Positions 9,651 through 12,649 of a stretch of DNA of 12,649 nucleotides are shown in pieces. The stretch is taken from positions 1-12,649 of the forward strand of contig JBHHVD010000088.1 in the NCBI GenBank assembly GCA_046754105.1, in the 5' to 3' direction. Source of the DNA: Candidatus Krumholzibacteriia bacterium (GTDB taxonomy: Bacteria > Krumholzibacteriota > Krumholzibacteriia > WVZY01). Numbering within the stretch: the first letter of the stretch is position 1; the number at the start of each line of letters is the position of its first letter. A program made the position numbers and the translations under genes. A model generated the notes under the pieces. That model worked only from the letters and a program-made list of their open reading frames with translations, searched no databases and had not been told where the DNA came from.

Positions 9651-10067
9651 CTACTTGAGTTCGACGGTGGCTCCGGTCTCTTCGACCTGCTTCTTGATTT
9701 CTCCGGCTTCTTCCTTGCTCACGCCCTCCTTGATCGCCTTCGGGGCGCTCTCCACGAGGTCCTTGGCTTCCTTGAGTCCCAGCCCGGTAATGGCGCGGAC
9801 GACCTTGATGACCTTGATCTTCTCCGAGCCGATCGCGCTTAGAACTACATCGAACTCGTCTTTCTCTTCCGCCGCTTCCGCACCGCCGCCGGCCACCGCC
9901 ACGGGCATCGCCGCGGCCGGCGCAGCGGCCGTAACACCGAACTTGTCTTCGAGATTCTTTACGAGTTCGGACATCTCGAGAAGCGTAAGCCCTTCGATGA
10001 TTTCCATCGCTTGTTCAACGTTGCTCTTCTTCTTCGCCGATTTCGCAGCGGCTTTTGCTGTTGCCAT
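9651..10067 (-). CDS. rplL: 50S ribosomal protein L7/L12
   Basis: [11 protein letters not shown] hinge, [47 protein letters not shown] lies 9 nt upstream of ATG 10067. Confidence 0.99.
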   Translation of the reverse strand: MATAKAAAKSAKKKSNVEQAMEIIEGLTLLEMSELVKNLEDKFGVTAAAPAAAMPVAVAGGGAEAAEEKDEFDVVLSAIGSEKIKVIKVVRAITGLGLKEAKDLVESAPKAIKEGVSKEEAGEIKKQVEETGATVELK

Positions 10068-10093
10068 TTCCAGTGACTCCTTGTGCTAAACGT

Positions 10094-10642
10094 TTACTTG
10101 CTTTCCTGGGGAATATCCCCACCTTCCGTCTGTTTCTTGTCGATAATCGCATTGAATGCGTATAGCAGGTTGCGTAGCGTTCCCTGCAGCACCGAAACCA
10201 AACCGTTTCCCGGTGACATGATGCCGGCCAGCGCCTGCGAGAGGAGCTCTTCTCTCGATGACAACCTGGATAACGCCAACACTTCGGTCGCGTCAATGAC
10301 CTTGCCGTCGACGATCCCGGCCTTGAATTTGGGGGCTTCGTGCTCTTTGGCGAATTCTGCAAGGACCTTCGCGGACACGTTTTCGGTCTCGCGGCCGATT
10401 GCCAGCGCCGTGGGTCCCTCGAAGTGTGTTTCCAGGTCTTCGGCGGGCGTGCCCTTGAGACTCCGCCTGGCCAGCGTGTTCTTTACCACGACGTACTCCA
10501 CGCCGTTCTCCCGGCACAGCCTTCTCAACTTGGATATTTTCTCGACGTTCAGGCCCGTGAAATCATTCAACACGACCGAACGCGCCTCGTTGAAGATCGC
10601 CGCGAGCGATTCAACTCTTGCTATTTTTCCCGGGCGCGCCAT
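10094..10642 (-). CDS. rplJ: 50S ribosomal protein L10
   Basis: DFTGLNV, VVKNTLARR, FEGPTALA, SREELL motifs; GGAGGT SD; located between rplA and rplL. Confidence 0.98.
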   Translation of the reverse strand: MARPGKIARVESLAAIFNEARSVVLNDFTGLNVEKISKLRRLCRENGVEYVVVKNTLARRSLKGTPAEDLETHFEGPTALAIGRETENVSAKVLAEFAKEHEAPKFKAGIVDGKVIDATEVLALSRLSSREELLSQALAGIMSPGNGLVSVLQGTLRNLLYAFNAIIDKKQTEGGDIPQESK

Positions 10643-10656
10643 CCCCTCGAACCTCC

Positions 10657-11358
10657 TTACTTGACTTCTAACGCGATCTGCTGGCTGTCCAGACGGATCG
10701 ACGGCCCCATAGTGGGCGACAAGCTCATGCTCCTAATGTAGCGGCCCTTACTCGCCGACGGTCTTGCGCGGAGGAGTTCGGCGATGAGAACGCTAATGTT
10801 ATCAACCAGCTTCTCTTCCTCGAAAGAAAGCTTGCCGACCGGCACGTGAATGTTGCTGCCTTTGTCCACCCTGTACTCGATCTTGCCCGCCTTTACTTCC
10901 TTGACGGCCTTCGCTACGTCGAAGGTCACGGTGCCGCTCTTCGGGTTCGGCATGAGGCCCTTGGGGCCCAGAATTTTGCCGAGCTTGCCGACCTCGCCCA
11001 TGAGGTCGGGGGTCGCGATGATGACGTCCATGTCCATCCAGCCTCCGGCGAGCTTCGGGATATACTCATCGGCACCCACGTAATCCGCGCCGGCCTCGGA
11101 CGCTTCCTTTTCCTTCTCGCCCCTGGCGATCACCAGAACCTTCACCGCCTTGCCGGTGCCGTGCGGCAGCACTACGGTCCCGCGCACCTGCTGGTCCGCG
11201 TGCCTCGGGTCCACCCCCAGGTGGGCCGAAAGCTCGATCGTCTCGTCGAACCGGGCGGTGCCCATGCCCTTCAGCAGGGGAACGGCTTCCTTGAGGCCGT
11301 AGAATTTTTCGCGATCAATTTTCGCGGCCGCCGATTTGTAGTTTTTTCCTCGCTTCAT
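10657..11358 (-). CDS. rplA: 50S ribosomal protein L1
   Basis: [61 protein letters not shown]. Confidence 0.99.
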   Translation of the reverse strand: MKRGKNYKSAAAKIDREKFYGLKEAVPLLKGMGTARFDETIELSAHLGVDPRHADQQVRGTVVLPHGTGKAVKVLVIARGEKEKEASEAGADYVGADEYIPKLAGGWMDMDVIIATPDLMGEVGKLGKILGPKGLMPNPKSGTVTFDVAKAVKEVKAGKIEYRVDKGSNIHVPVGKLSFEEEKLVDNISVLIAELLRARPSASKGRYIRSMSLSPTMGPSIRLDSQQIALEVK

Positions 11359-11399
11359 TTCTGCTCCTTGACACTCGCCGGCGCCGGTGCGCGCCTTCG

Positions 11400-11834
11400 C
11401 TAATCCTCGACGAGGATTCCCATGCTGCGGGCGGTGCCCTTGATCATGTTCATGGCCATTTCGACCGAAGATGCATTCAAATCCGTCATCTTGGTTTCCG
11501 CTATTTTCCGTACCTGGCCCGCTGTGACGGTACCAACCTTGGTCTTGTTCGGTTCGCCGGATGCCTTTGCAATTCCGGCCGCCTGCTTTAAAAGCACCGC
11601 CGCGGGTGGCGTCTTCGTGATGAAGGAAAAGCTGCGATCGGCGTACACGGTAAGGACTACCGGGATGATGACGCCGGCCTGTTTTTGGGTTTTCGAGTTG
11701 AAGGCCTTGCAGAACTCCATAATGTTGACGCCGTGCTGGCCGAGCGCGGGACCCACCGGCGGAGCGGGCGTCGCGTTGCCGCCCACTATTTGCAGTTTGA
11801 TGTTCGTGAGTATTCTTTTCCGCGGCTTTGCCAT
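11400..11834 (-). CDS. rplK: 50S ribosomal protein L11 (ATG start at 11834, 144 aa)
   Basis: [26 protein letters not shown] and GTARSMG motifs. The start was moved from 11909, which overlaps nusG, to ATG 11834 preceded by AGGAG. Confidence 0.98.
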   Translation of the reverse strand: MAKPRKRILTNIKLQIVGGNATPAPPVGPALGQHGVNIMEFCKAFNSKTQKQAGVIIPVVLTVYADRSFSFITKTPPAAVLLKQAAGIAKASGEPNKTKVGTVTAGQVRKIAETKMTDLNASSVEMAMNMIKGTARSMGILVED

Positions 11835-11856
11835 TGCGTTCTCCTGTTCAAGACGG

Positions 11857-12648
11857 CTAGAGCGTTTCCACCTGTAGAAAATCCAGCTCGACCGGGGTCT
11901 CGCGTCCAAAAATGCTGACCAGGACGCGGAGCTTTCCCCTCTCGACGTTGATCTCGTCGATCACTCCGGTAAAATCACTGAAGGGGCCGTCCTTAATGCG
12001 GATGTGTTCGCCCAGCGTATACGGGATTTCGGGGATAATCGTTTCTTTGTCCTTGTCCATCCGGCCGAGAATCCTCTCGACCTCGTTTGGCAGCAGCGCG
12101 TGCGGCCTCGTTCCCGTACCAACGAAACTCGTTACGCCCGGTATGCCGTTGACGAGGTGCCACGAGTCGTCGCTCATGTACATCTCGATGAGTATGTAGC
12201 TGGGGAAGAACTTGCGGGTCGTAACCGTCTTCTTGCCCTTTTTCATCTCCGCCACTTCTTCCGTCGGTACGATCAGGCGGCCGAACTGTTCGCCGAACGA
12301 CGACCCGCTTATCATTTTCAAAATGTTGTCTTTTACCTTGTTCTCGTGCCCCGAGTACGTGTGGACGACGTACCACTTCATGGGAAACTTGGATTCTTCA
12401 ACGGCGGCCGCTTCACCTTCGCCCGGGTCGGCACCCGCTTCCGCCTCTACTGGCTCGGCTTCGGCCTTCGAGGCAGATTCGGCCTTCGAGGCAGATTCGG
12501 CCTTCGAGGCAGATTTGGCCTTCGAGGCAGATTTGGCCTTCGAGGCAGATTTGGCTTTCGGGGCAGATTTGGCTTTCGGGGCAGATTTGGCTTTCGGGGC
12601 GGGCTCGGCCTCCGGGGCGGACTCGGCCTCCGGGGCGGGCTCGGCCTC
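11857..12648 (-). CDS. nusG: Transcription elongation factor NusG; the frame stays open upstream of the MKWY core (12381) to the window edge, so the true start is probably outside the window
   Basis: The NGN domain ([14 protein letters not shown]) and KOW domain (GPFSDFTG...[16 protein letters not shown]) occupy 11857-12381. There are 89 more stop-free in-frame codons at 12382-12648 and no clear SD before ATG 12381. Confidence 0.9.
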   Translation of the reverse strand, partial: EAEPAPEAESAPEAEPAPKAKSAPKAKSAPKAKSASKAKSASKAKSASKAESASKAESASKAEAEPVEAEAGADPGEGEAAAVEESKFPMKWYVVHTYSGHENKVKDNILKMISGSSFGEQFGRLIVPTEEVAEMKKGKKTVTTRKFFPSYILIEMYMSDDSWHLVNGIPGVTSFVGTGTRPHALLPNEVERILGRMDKDKETIIPEIPYTLGEHIRIKDGPFSDFTGVIDEINVERGKLRVLVSIFGRETPVELDFLQVETL

Positions 12649-12649
12649 C
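12460..12649 (-). repeat. 18-bp in-frame tandem repeat (at least 10.5 copies, truncated by the window end)
   Basis: Plus-strand units such as GGCCTTCGAGGCAGATTC, GGCCTTCGAGGCAGATTT, GGCTTTCGGGGCAGATTT and GGCCTCCGGGGCGGGCTC. In the nusG frame they encode [24 protein letters not shown] x2 KAKSAS x3 KAESAS x2 KAE. Confidence 0.97.

Noticed and set aside
11368..11373. Perfect TTGACA on the plus strand in the rplK-rplA spacer (antisense promoter?)
   Set aside because: No -10-like hexamer 16-18 nt downstream; it overlaps the complement of the rplA SD region.
12460..12649. Repeat array as a CRISPR
   Set aside because: The units are contiguous 18-mers with no unique spacers, in frame with nusG, and there are no cas genes.

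Overview
GC-rich bacterial core-genome window. It carries the contiguous transcription/translation supercluster on the minus strand: nusG (5'-truncated)-rplK-rplA-rplJ-rplL-rpoB-rpoC-rpsL-rpsG-fusA (3'-truncated; missing from the ORF track, translated by hand). No mobile elements, CRISPR arrays or RNA genes are seen. An Rpo[18 protein letters not shown] insert plus strong Shine-Dalgarno sites suggests a non-Bacteroidota FCB-superphylum organism (inference). The most unusual signals are: (i) an in-frame N-terminal NusG extension of at least 89 aa built from ten 18-bp repeats with acidic-basic-acidic blocks; (ii) a Lys/Ala-rich N-terminal tail on L7/L12; (iii) a structured rpsL leader with a perfect DnaA box, behind a promoter fitting both sigma70 and Bacteroidota consensus; (iv) a long 219-nt structured rpsG-fusA spacer. 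No clearly novel multi-gene system is present.
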